From Gammaproteobacteria bacterium (GTDB taxonomy: Bacteria; Pseudomonadota; Gammaproteobacteria; Eutrophobiales; Eutrophobiaceae), in NCBI GenBank assembly GCA_022826885.1, contig JAJDUB010000020.1:6140-70139 (forward strand): a DNA stretch of 64,000 bases, given 5' to 3'. How positions within the stretch are numbered: the stretch's first letter is position 1; every line of letters starts with the position of its first letter. Positions 8,854 to 17,220 of this stretch are shown here, piece after piece. Under the pieces are notes generated by a model. That model ran no database searches. It was not told where the DNA came from and saw only the letters and a list, made by a program, of their open reading frames with translations. A program made the position numbers and the translations under genes.

Positions 8854-8885
8854 CTCTGAAAATGCCACGGATGGCATTTTCAGAG
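8854..8885. terminator. Perfect 14-bp stem-loop overlapping the stop codon of the minus-strand VOC-like gene
   Basis: CTCTGAAAATGCCA-CGGA-TGGCATTTTCAGAG. A/T runs flank the stem on both strands, giving a bidirectional terminator-like look. Confidence 0.45.
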
Positions 8886-9764
8886 GTTACTATATATCAA
8901 CTCCAGCATTTCGCCGGATACGCCGGTACGGAAATTCACCCGCCTGCCGTTGTATGGAGGCTCTGCCAGGATGCAACTTTCATCGCTGTCCGGGGAATTA
9001 CTGCAGTTGAAGCTCACCATGGCGATGCCAGGCGGCAGCAAGCCCTGCTGCGCCTGCCGACGAGCCCCGGCAGCCGGAAGTTCATCCAGTTCAATCAGGT
9101 ATCCGGGGTTGCCCAGCGTGAGGGCCGAAATCCTGTGCCGGTGATTGCGCGGCAGGCCGAAAGCCGCGGACATCATCGTAACCCGCGCATTGATGACGGG
9201 GGCATCGGCGATGGCGTAACGGGTTCGATAAAATTCCTTTGCGGCAGGCAGGGATGCCGTCGCAAGAATAACGACGAAACACCAGGCCACGGTGCGGTCG
9301 GCCGGCGCCAGACTGAAACCGGGAATATCCCCTTTGATCTGTGTCAGGTAGAGCGCTTCGCCGGCCGGACCGACTACCTGGCAGGCGCGGATCCTGTCGG
9401 TGAACGACAGGTCGGCGGGCGGGCCCACAACAACAAACGGCGAATCCGCAAGACTGTACGCCAGGCTGTCCACATCATTCACCAGTATCTCAGCCGCGCT
9501 CCATCCGGCCGCGCTGAAAGGCCGATATACGGGGCCTGCATCACTCTGAAGCAGGCGGATGAAATGCTGCGCATCGTCTGCAGGCGCCAGCAGGATATAT
9601 TCTGAATCGGCGGCGTCCTGACGTCCCCATAGTTGCGCCAGTTGGTCCGACACGCGCCCGGCGCCCACCGTCCGGTAATGCAGATGATGACAATATGCCG
9701 CTTCAACCACTGCCGGATCTGCGCAACCCAGGGTAACCATTTCAATCCTGTCAAGCATACTCAT
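8880..9764 (-). CDS. Two-domain VOC (glyoxalase/dioxygenase)-fold-like protein
   Basis: 294 aa. Colinear paralog of 19684-20604 (GW(S/N)A(A/V)EILV, LPPGIAMV(S/T)F, Y(N/Q)GRR). 18 nt downstream of dctM on the same strand. Confidence 0.5.
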   Translation of the reverse strand: MSMLDRIEMVTLGCADPAVVEAAYCHHLHYRTVGAGRVSDQLAQLWGRQDAADSEYILLAPADDAQHFIRLLQSDAGPVYRPFSAAGWSAAEILVNDVDSLAYSLADSPFVVVGPPADLSFTDRIRACQVVGPAGEALYLTQIKGDIPGFSLAPADRTVAWCFVVILATASLPAAKEFYRTRYAIADAPVINARVTMMSAAFGLPRNHRHRISALTLGNPGYLIELDELPAAGARRQAQQGLLPPGIAMVSFNCSNSPDSDESCILAEPPYNGRRVNFRTGVSGEMLELIYSNL

Positions 9765-9782
9765 CGCGGCAACTCCGGCATG

Positions 9783-11045
9783 TCAGCGCAACAACAAAAG
9801 TGACAATGCGGGTATAAAACTCACCAGCAGCAGTCCGGCAAGCATCAGCGCGAGGAAAGGAACCACGCTCTTGCAGGCTTCCATGAACGTTACCTTGAAC
9901 GCGCCCATGGCGATGATCAGGTTCAGTCCGAACGGCGGGGTCAGGTAACCGATCTCCAGGTTGACGATCATCACAATGCCGAAATGCACCGGGTCCATTC
10001 CCAGGCCCCGGGCAATCGGATTCAGGGTCGGCGCCAGGACCAGTATCGCCGAACCGATGTCCATGATTGCGCCGACCAGCAGCAGGAACATGTTGACGCC
10101 CAGCAAAAACCCCTGCTGGTTGGCAACGTGTTCGGCAAACCATGCCGCGGCCGCCATGGGCGCCTGTTCATAGGTGAGGAAAGTATTGAGGCTCACGGCA
10201 AACATCAACACCGGGAACAGCGAGCCCAGCAGCCTGGTGGTATCGGCGATCACTTCATGGGAGTGCGCCGGTTTCAGTTCGCGATGAATGAACAATTCCA
10301 CGACGAAAGCGTATACCACGGCGACGGCTGCGGATTCCGTTGCCGTGAAACGGCCGCTGTAAATCCCGCCCAGTATCAGGATCGGCATGAGCAGGGACCA
10401 CACACCCTGCTGCAACGACTCCCACAGTTCAGTCAGATCCAGCCTGCCAGCGGGGATGTTGCGGTTGAACCAGAGCGCATAGGCGCTCATCAACGCGGTC
10501 AGGACCAGTGCAGGCAGGATCCCTGCGATAAACAGGTCGGTAATGGAAGTGTGGGTCATCACACCATACAAAATCAGCGGGATACTGGGCGGCACGACAA
10601 TCCCCAGGGTGCCGGCCGCGCACAGCGCGCCAAGTGAAAAAGCCTTCGAATAACCCGCCTTCAACAGCGCCGGGTACATGATGCCGCCAACCGCCAGCAG
10701 CGTTACCGTGGACGATCCGGAAATGGCGGCAAACAGGGCGCAGGAGAGCACCGTCGCCACGGCCAGGCCGCCCGGTACCGGCGCGCTGACGGCCCTGACC
10801 AAGCGCACCAGGCGCTCTGCCATGGAACCACGCGTCATGATCTGGCCGGCCAGGAGAAACAGGGGGATGGAAAGCAGGATATCCTTGTTCAGCGCGTGCC
10901 AGGCGTCCAGGATGACAAACCGCAACGGTTCCTCGCCGAACACCCGGTAGACGTAGAACGCAGCCACACCGAGTACCACCACGAGATTCTGGCGCAGCAG
11001 GATGAGGACCATTACCAGGACGGTCAGCAACAGCGTTTCAGTCAT
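9783..11045 (-). CDS. dctM: TRAP transporter large permease
   Basis: 420-aa polytopic membrane protein with DctM-like length and composition. Its start overlaps the dctQ stop by 8 nt. Confidence 0.85.
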   Translation of the reverse strand: MTETLLLTVLVMVLILLRQNLVVVLGVAAFYVYRVFGEEPLRFVILDAWHALNKDILLSIPLFLLAGQIMTRGSMAERLVRLVRAVSAPVPGGLAVATVLSCALFAAISGSSTVTLLAVGGIMYPALLKAGYSKAFSLGALCAAGTLGIVVPPSIPLILYGVMTHTSITDLFIAGILPALVLTALMSAYALWFNRNIPAGRLDLTELWESLQQGVWSLLMPILILGGIYSGRFTATESAAVAVVYAFVVELFIHRELKPAHSHEVIADTTRLLGSLFPVLMFAVSLNTFLTYEQAPMAAAAWFAEHVANQQGFLLGVNMFLLLVGAIMDIGSAILVLAPTLNPIARGLGMDPVHFGIVMIVNLEIGYLTPPFGLNLIIAMGAFKVTFMEACKSVVPFLALMLAGLLLVSFIPALSLLLLR

Positions 11046-11583
11046 CGGACGGGGAAGCGGGATGGATGTTCAACGGGTCGCGGGGAGCTGACGCGGGGTT
11101 GGCGGCATAGACGGCGTGGCGTATGCCAACCAGGATAAAAGCCAGCGGGACCGCCAGCAGGACCGGCCAGATGAGGATGGGCAGCAGGGTCGAGCGCTCG
11201 CCCAATTGTATCGACTCCCAGGTCAATTGCGCGCCGGCGGCGCCGGCAAACAGGCAGAAGACGCTCATCAGACCATCCTGGAGGCGGACCACAACGGGGT
11301 TCCAACTCGCCGGCAACCAGTTGTCGGCAAAACGCGGCCGCAGGTGGTTGCCGCCTGCCGAGGCCAGGCCCAGACCGAACATCACCACGATAATGTTCGC
11401 ATATACCCCGGCCTGGCGGGCCCAGTGCAATCCCACACCGGTAATTTCCCGGCTGAACACATCAAGGAAAATAGCTGCGATCAGCAGCGCAAACGCAGCG
11501 GTGGTGATGACGCGTTCCACGCGCCCCAGGGTCTGTAAAAACCGTTCTGCCATATACCGGTAAGGGTTTCTATCAAATTCCAT
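11038..11583 (-). CDS. dctQ: TRAP transporter small permease
   Basis: ORF 11038-11658 trimmed to ATG 11583 (alternative ATG 11553, MAERFLQTLGRVERVITTAAFALLIAAIFLDVFSRE...). Four-TM small membrane protein immediately upstream of dctM. Confidence 0.7.
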   Translation of the reverse strand: MEFDRNPYRYMAERFLQTLGRVERVITTAAFALLIAAIFLDVFSREITGVGLHWARQAGVYANIIVVMFGLGLASAGGNHLRPRFADNWLPASWNPVVVRLQDGLMSVFCLFAGAAGAQLTWESIQLGERSTLLPILIWPVLLAVPLAFILVGIRHAVYAANPASAPRDPLNIHPASPSDD

Positions 11584-11621
11584 TAATGATATAACAAAAG
11601 GACATTCGACTTTCACAGAAT

Positions 11622-11713
11622 ACGGGGTCAGGTCGCACAATGCACAGCCTGTTATCATTACAACTAATAATCCAATTCCCGGGTCGATGTTGCTTTGTGC
11701 GACCTGACCCCGT
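11622..11713. repeat. 19-bp perfect inverted repeat with 54-bp spacer in the dctQ/dctP divergent region
   Basis: ACGGGGTCAGGTCGCACAA (11622-11640) and its exact reverse complement TTGTGCGACCTGACCCCGT (11695-11713). Confidence 0.8.
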
Positions 11714-12746
11714 AATCCATCGCACCGGCCTGATAATTCTGTTACTGGCGGCCATTATCACCCATACCACCGGTTGCGCCGACAGCCCGGACAAACACCT
11801 GAAGGTGCGGGTGACTTCGCTGGGCATACCGGATACGCCATGGCACGATTTCTGGCTGCGCTTTGCGGCAACCCTGGAGGAGCGCGACGCTGCAGAAGAG
11901 ATCGACCTGGACCTGTTTATTTCAGGCGAACTGGGCAGCGAAGAGACTGCGCTGGCAAACCTGCGAAGGGGCCGGGTACAGATCGGCGGTTTTGCATTGC
12001 AGGGTGTCGCAACCCTCATCCCGGAACTCAACGTACTGCTGGCGCCATACCTGTTCGATTCCCGTGAGGAAGCAGCCTTCGTGATGGACCATTACCTGTC
12101 CGATGCCTATGCAAAGCTGTTCGCGGAAAAAGGCCTGACACTGATTCAATGGTCGGAAGTGGGCTGGTTTTATATCTACGGAAAACAGCCGTTGCTGACG
12201 CCGGATGCGACGAGGGGAATTTCCATGAGATCCTCTAATGCCCTGGGTTCGCGCTATTTCGCCGAGGCGATCGGCGCGGACCTTATTCCGCTGAGTTTTG
12301 CCGAAGTGATCCCGGCCCTGCAGACGAACCTGATTGAGAGCGGCCAGACGGGCGTGGGCATGTACACCCTGGCGGGGATTGCCAGGGCGGCGCCGCACCT
12401 GGTGCTGACCCGGCACGCGTTTGACATGGGGCCCATCCTGGCCAACAAGGACTGGTATGACGGCTTATCGGGAAAACACAGGCGACTCATTTTCGACAGC
12501 ATCGAAAGCGCTGAAGTGAACCGGAGACTGATCCGCGCCGCCCTGGATGATTATTTTCGGAACTCCCTGCCCGCGATGGCAGTGACCGTGCATCAGTTGA
12601 ATGCGGAACAACAGGCACAATGGCGCGCGGTGTCGTTGCCCACCCACCGGACGCTGCTGCAGGATACGGGCGGACAAGCCGGGCATATTTATGCGCTGGT
12701 GCAACGGGGAAAATCTGAATTCAAATCGGCGCCGGGGCCGCGTTGA
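11640..12746 (+). CDS. dctP: TRAP transporter substrate-binding protein, probable lipoprotein
   Basis: DctP-like body (ELGSEETALANLRRGRVQIGGF..., NALGSRYFAEAIGA...). The N-terminus has a lipobox-like LAAIITHTTGC. The start is ATG 11640 or in-frame GTG 11697, and both touch the inverted-repeat arms. Confidence 0.75.
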   Translation: MHSLLSLQLIIQFPGRCCFVRPDPVIHRTGLIILLLAAIITHTTGCADSPDKHLKVRVTSLGIPDTPWHDFWLRFAATLEERDAAEEIDLDLFISGELGSEETALANLRRGRVQIGGFALQGVATLIPELNVLLAPYLFDSREEAAFVMDHYLSDAYAKLFAEKGLTLIQWSEVGWFYIYGKQPLLTPDATRGISMRSSNALGSRYFAEAIGADLIPLSFAEVIPALQTNLIESGQTGVGMYTLAGIARAAPHLVLTRHAFDMGPILANKDWYDGLSGKHRRLIFDSIESAEVNRRLIRAALDDYFRNSLPAMAVTVHQLNAEQQAQWRAVSLPTHRTLLQDTGGQAGHIYALVQRGKSEFKSAPGPR

Positions 12747-12766
12747 TACGACTAATGGAGGAAGCC

Positions 12767-13795
12767 ATGCGAGAAATCGGCATCGTAATGGAAGTTTCAC
12801 CCGGCCACACGGCAAACCTGGCCGGAAAAATAGAAGACATGGGGTTCGATATCCTGTTATGTCCGGACACACAGAATTTAAGCCCTGAGCCTTATGGACA
12901 ACTCAGCCTGGCCGCGGCAAATACCACTCGCCTGAAGCTGGGAACCGGGGTCACCAATCCTTTGACCCGCGATGCCGCGGTGACCGCTTCAGCTATCGCC
13001 ACATTGCAGGTGGAATCCGGCGGGCGTTGCATCTGTGGCATCGGCCGCGGCGATTCTTCACTGGCGCACATCGGCCGCGGCAATGCCACTACCGCGCAAT
13101 TAAGAACCTACGTTGAACAGGTTCGCGCCTACTCCAGTGGAGAGCCGGTCCGACGCGGGGAACAGGTTTCAAAATTACGCTGGCTCGAGCCGGAAAGCGT
13201 CAACCCGGTACCGGTTGATATTGCCTGTACCGGACCCAGAACTATCCGTATGGCGGCAGACGTGGCCGACCGGGTCAGCTTTGCCGTCGGCAGCGCGCCG
13301 GAACGAATCGAATGGGCGTTGGCTACGGCGAACCAGAGACTGCAGGAGACCGGCCGCAAGCGCAGCGACCTTCAGATCGGCGCCTATATTAACCTGGTTT
13401 GCGATAAGGATGAACAGACCGCGATCAACCTGGGCAGGATGATCTCCGGCATGGTCGCCCATTTTGCCGGCATGCGGAATGCGCCGCTGGAGCACCTGCC
13501 GGCGCAACTGAAGCCCCTGGCGGAAAAAATGCAGCAAGGCTATGACATGCAACACCACGCCCAGGAAAAAGGCGCCCACCTGTCCCTGGTCGACGACGAT
13601 TTCGTCGACTGGTTTTCAATCTGTGGTCCGCCGGACAAATGCCTGGAGCGTTTACAGGCAATACTGGAGTATGATCTGGACCATATTTATATCCTGGGCG
13701 GCTCCCCGGTAGCAACGCCGCACTCGGCAAGACAGGTAGCAATGGTTGAACAGACGCGCCTGTTTGCGGAGGCGGTACTACCGAAGGTCAAATAG
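12767..13795 (+). CDS. Luciferase-like (LLM class) flavin/F420-dependent oxidoreductase
   Basis: ORF trimmed to ATG 12767, preceded by GGAGGA (12757-12762). TIM-barrel LLM pattern GTGVTNPLTRDAAVTASAIATLQVESGGRCICGIGRGDS. Confidence 0.7.
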   Translation: MREIGIVMEVSPGHTANLAGKIEDMGFDILLCPDTQNLSPEPYGQLSLAAANTTRLKLGTGVTNPLTRDAAVTASAIATLQVESGGRCICGIGRGDSSLAHIGRGNATTAQLRTYVEQVRAYSSGEPVRRGEQVSKLRWLEPESVNPVPVDIACTGPRTIRMAADVADRVSFAVGSAPERIEWALATANQRLQETGRKRSDLQIGAYINLVCDKDEQTAINLGRMISGMVAHFAGMRNAPLEHLPAQLKPLAEKMQQGYDMQHHAQEKGAHLSLVDDDFVDWFSICGPPDKCLERLQAILEYDLDHIYILGGSPVATPHSARQVAMVEQTRLFAEAVLPKVK

Positions 13796-13827
13796 AATGT
13801 ATCATTATGAACTCATGAGGATTCAGC

Positions 13828-14691
13828 ATGCCGGATAACATCAAAGCCATTGATGCCGTCGTCAATATCTGGACGGAAGAAGCGCTGTCGCACCGTCCCG
13901 GATGGCGCGATGAGTTCTTCGCAGGCAAAATGAAAGCAGAGAAAGGCCTGATGCAGGGACTGTCGCTGGAACAGATGATTGACCTCATGCAGGAAGCCGG
14001 CATCGAACATGGATTCCTGATAGCCGCCAAGGCCGGCCGGCCCGGCCTGCCGGGTTGTTATCACCTGCCGCCGGAGATCGTTGCTGCTGCCGTGGACAAA
14101 TACCCCGACCACTTCTCCGGACTGCTTGGGATAGACCCGTTCATGGGCATGGACGGGGTCAGGGAACTCGAACACGCGGTGGGGGACATGGGCTTCATCG
14201 GCGCGCACCTTTACCCACACTGGTTCGAACTGGCGCCGGACCATGCGAAATACTATCCGTTTTATGCAAAATGCTGCGAACTCGATATCCCGATACAAAT
14301 TCAGGTCGGTCAATCCATGATCTACTCGAAGGAGTTTCCCTGCAAAAGCGTGGGACAGCCCGTCACGCTGGACCCGGTGGCCTGTGATTTTCCAGAACTC
14401 AGGCTGGTCGGCATACACGTGGGCATTCCCTGGGCGGATGAGATGATTGCCATGGCCTGGAAGCATGACAACGTGTATATCGGCGGCGACGCCCACAGCC
14501 CGAAATACTGGCCGCCGGGCTTCGTCAACTACCTGAACAGCTACGGCCAGGACAAGGTGATCTTCGGTACGGACTTCCCCGTACTGAATTTCAAACGCAC
14601 CAGGCAGGAGATCGGCGCGCTCGGCCTGAAACCGGAGGTAATGACAAAGTTTCTCCGGGACAACGTACGCCGCATTTACAATCTCGACTGA
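13828..14691 (+). CDS. Amidohydrolase_2 (ACMSD/LigI-type) family protein
   Basis: 287 aa. C-terminal VIFGTDFP (family Asp) and a GAHLYPHW strand. The N-terminal strand reads AIDAVVNIW where I expect the family D-x-H-x-H. Confidence 0.6.
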   Translation: MPDNIKAIDAVVNIWTEEALSHRPGWRDEFFAGKMKAEKGLMQGLSLEQMIDLMQEAGIEHGFLIAAKAGRPGLPGCYHLPPEIVAAAVDKYPDHFSGLLGIDPFMGMDGVRELEHAVGDMGFIGAHLYPHWFELAPDHAKYYPFYAKCCELDIPIQIQVGQSMIYSKEFPCKSVGQPVTLDPVACDFPELRLVGIHVGIPWADEMIAMAWKHDNVYIGGDAHSPKYWPPGFVNYLNSYGQDKVIFGTDFPVLNFKRTRQEIGALGLKPEVMTKFLRDNVRRIYNLD

Positions 14692-14700
14692 TTTCGATTC

Positions 14701-16203
14701 ATGAACCTGGCTTCCATACTCAGATGCCATGCGGACAGTCATGGCGATAAAACGGCCATTGAGTTTCACGATATACGGATCAGTTATCTTGAACTTTGGC
14801 AACGCCTCCAGGGCTATGCCGCTTACCTGCACGAGCGCGGGATTGGGCCGGGGGACCGGGTCGGCCTTGCCCTGAAAGAACATCCTTCCCACTTGATACT
14901 GCACTATGCCCTGGCCCGGATAGGCGCGGTGATCCTCCCGCTCGACCAGCGCTGGACTTCGACCGAAAAAGCCGGGGCCGCGGCTGCCTTCAAGGCAAAA
15001 CTGCTCATCCTGGAGGAAGATGCGGATACACCGGCCGGCCATGAGACCCTCAGGCTCAACCAGGACCTGCAGCAAGCCGACCCGGCGCGCCTGCCGGCAA
15101 TACCGGATCATCCCGACCTGGCCCTGCTCATTTCATTATCATCCGGCACGACGGGCAGGCCCAAAGGCGCGCTGGTCACCCATGGACAGATGTACCAGCG
15201 TTTCGTCAGCCAGTGGGTGACTATCGGCCTCAACTCCCGGGACCGGTTCCTGGCGCTGACCCCGATGTTCTTCGGCGCAGGTCGCTCTTTCTCCATGGCC
15301 TTCCTCGCCGCTGGCGCCACGGTTATTATCGAGCCGCCCCCCCATGAACCCGAACAACTGGTTGCGGCGGTCAATAAATCCGGAGCGACCGCCACGTTCA
15401 TGGTGCCGACTCAACTGCGCGGACTGCTTCCCCTGCACAAGGACGGGTTATTACTGCCTCGACTGGAAAAGCTGCTGATCAGCGGCGCCGCGCTGCACCC
15501 GCCGGAGGCCGGGGAGATACGCAGAAGAGTCAACCCGGGGATAATCGGTTATTACGCCTCCAGCGAAGGCGGCGGCATTTCCGTATTGAATACCGACGAG
15601 TTCGATGACTACTCGCACACGGCGGGACGGGCCACCTTCAGGACCGAAGTCCAGATCGTGGACGGCGGAGACAGGCCGGTAAAACCGGGAGAAACCGGAC
15701 GCCTGCGCTATCGTGGGCCGGGTGTGGCCGATCGCTTTATCGACGCCGACGGAACTGAGCGCGCAACGGTTCAGGGAGGCTGGTTTTACCCCGGCGACCT
15801 GGCTGAAAAAACAGCCGGCGGCCATATCATCCTGCGCGGCCGTGACAAGGATGTCATCAACCGCGGCGGCGTGAATGTGTACCCGGCGGAGGTGGAGGCA
15901 GTCCTGATGCAGTTGCCGGCAATCAGGGAAGCGGCCGTCGTAGGCGAAGCATCAGAGAAATTCGGGCAGACCGTTACGGCGTTTATCGTAGCGGACAAAG
16001 CCATCAGCCCGGACGCACTGAACAGGCACTGCCGGCAACGACTGGCGCCTTACAAGGTCCCGTCCCGTTATGTGTCCCTGGACCAATTGCCCGAAAAGGC
16101 GTCGGGCAAACTGGACAAACAGGCCCTGGTTAAGGAAACTCTGAAAAAAACCTGCGGACAGACCATTTTCAATCAGGCAGACAACGACTCTCTTCTGAAA
16201 TGA
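14701..16203 (+). CDS. AMP-dependent synthetase/ligase (acyl- or aryl-CoA ligase)
   Basis: AMP-binding motif LISLSSGTTGRPKGALVTHG, plus YYASSEGG, GDLAEKTAGGHIILRGRDKDVINRGGVNVYPAEVE and C-terminal SGKLDKQAL. Confidence 0.9.
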   Translation: MNLASILRCHADSHGDKTAIEFHDIRISYLELWQRLQGYAAYLHERGIGPGDRVGLALKEHPSHLILHYALARIGAVILPLDQRWTSTEKAGAAAAFKAKLLILEEDADTPAGHETLRLNQDLQQADPARLPAIPDHPDLALLISLSSGTTGRPKGALVTHGQMYQRFVSQWVTIGLNSRDRFLALTPMFFGAGRSFSMAFLAAGATVIIEPPPHEPEQLVAAVNKSGATATFMVPTQLRGLLPLHKDGLLLPRLEKLLISGAALHPPEAGEIRRRVNPGIIGYYASSEGGGISVLNTDEFDDYSHTAGRATFRTEVQIVDGGDRPVKPGETGRLRYRGPGVADRFIDADGTERATVQGGWFYPGDLAEKTAGGHIILRGRDKDVINRGGVNVYPAEVEAVLMQLPAIREAAVVGEASEKFGQTVTAFIVADKAISPDALNRHCRQRLAPYKVPSRYVSLDQLPEKASGKLDKQALVKETLKKTCGQTIFNQADNDSLLK

Positions 16204-16913
16204 AACATAGAACCATACGCGGCAGAATTTCATACACCAGCAACAAGCCGGAACGGCTGGGGCAGGAGCGCGGGCGTGAATCCTTTATCATCACGATACA
16301 CTCCGACGGCAAACGGACCCTGCGCGCCCATTGTGAAATCGACGATCCTCCCACCGTATTGCGGGACGTGGTCCTGAGTCTGGATGCCGATAACTATCCC
16401 CTGGATTGTTTCGTTCGTCTGACTATAGATGATCGGTTCGAAGGTTCCGGCTGGATGCGTTTTTCGGAAACCTGCGCCGAAACGGAATCCTTCAATGCCC
16501 ATGATGGCCGTATCTCGCAACGGCTTGATCTGGAACGGCGAATTCGCTGGCTGGCCAGCCACCCCATAGCCGGCGATGGAATGGGGTTTTCCATCTATGA
16601 CCTCAGTCGCGGTCCGGGCAGGACCTTCTTTCCCGACATGATGGTCACCTCCCCCGACCACCGGGGCGCAACAGGACCACTGCTGTTCAAACTGGGATTC
16701 GGCATCGAGTACGTCGGCGACGAGCGCATCACGATACCTGCCGGCGAGTTCGACGCGCATCATTTCCGCTATGTCGATACTGCCGGGCAACTGCCCGAAG
16801 AGCATCCCGAATATGACGTCTGGTGTACCACTGACGGCGATTACATCTTTTTACGCGGCGCAGTGGGCGGTTACATGCAGACATTTTACGAACTGGTTGA
16901 ACTTGAGAGATAG
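16200..16913 (+). CDS. Hypothetical 237-aa protein
   Basis: The start overlaps the ligase stop (ATGA). Coding-like composition; no family recognised. Confidence 0.5.
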   Translation: MKHRTIRGRISYTSNKPERLGQERGRESFIITIHSDGKRTLRAHCEIDDPPTVLRDVVLSLDADNYPLDCFVRLTIDDRFEGSGWMRFSETCAETESFNAHDGRISQRLDLERRIRWLASHPIAGDGMGFSIYDLSRGPGRTFFPDMMVTSPDHRGATGPLLFKLGFGIEYVGDERITIPAGEFDAHHFRYVDTAGQLPEEHPEYDVWCTTDGDYIFLRGAVGGYMQTFYELVELER

Positions 16914-16923
16914 GAGAAACACC

Positions 16924-17211
16924 ATGCCCGCATATATGGTCGTACAAGCCACCGTTACCAAACCGGAACAATTTACCGAATACGCAGAGCGCATGCCGGC
17001 CCTGGTTGAAAAATTCGGCGGAACATACCGGGTGCTGGGAGGAGAAGTGGAAACCCTGGAAGGTGACTGGGGCCACCAGGCCCTGGTCATTTCCGAATGG
17101 CCGTCCATGGACCAGGCCCGCAACATGTGGCACTCCGACGAATATGCTGAACTGAAAAAGGTGCGTGAAGGCGCGGTGGACGTTACCGTACTCCTGGCCG
17201 ACGGTTTATAA
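16924..17211 (+). CDS. DUF1330-family small protein
   Basis: ORF 16771-17211 trimmed to ATG 16924 after AGGAG. MPAYMVVQATVTKPEQFTEYAERMPALVEKFGGTYRVLGG...EWPSMDQARNMWHSDEY is the DUF1330 pattern as I remember it. Confidence 0.65.
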   Translation: MPAYMVVQATVTKPEQFTEYAERMPALVEKFGGTYRVLGGEVETLEGDWGHQALVISEWPSMDQARNMWHSDEYAELKKVREGAVDVTVLLADGL

Positions 17212-17220
17212 CGCAAGCAT

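Noticed and set aside
8769-9605. 278-aa plus-strand ORF starting in the hairpin cluster.
   Set aside because: It reads through three intergenic stem-loops and then runs antisense to the VOC-like gene, which has a colinear paralog at 19684-20604.
13813-15111. 432-aa minus-strand ORF.
   Set aside because: It is antisense to two well-supported plus-strand genes (amidohydrolase_2 and the AMP-ligase with its TSGTTGxPKG-type motif). Its composition is Arg/Gly/His/Val-rich with no recognisable motif. It is a typical shadow ORF of GC-rich DNA.
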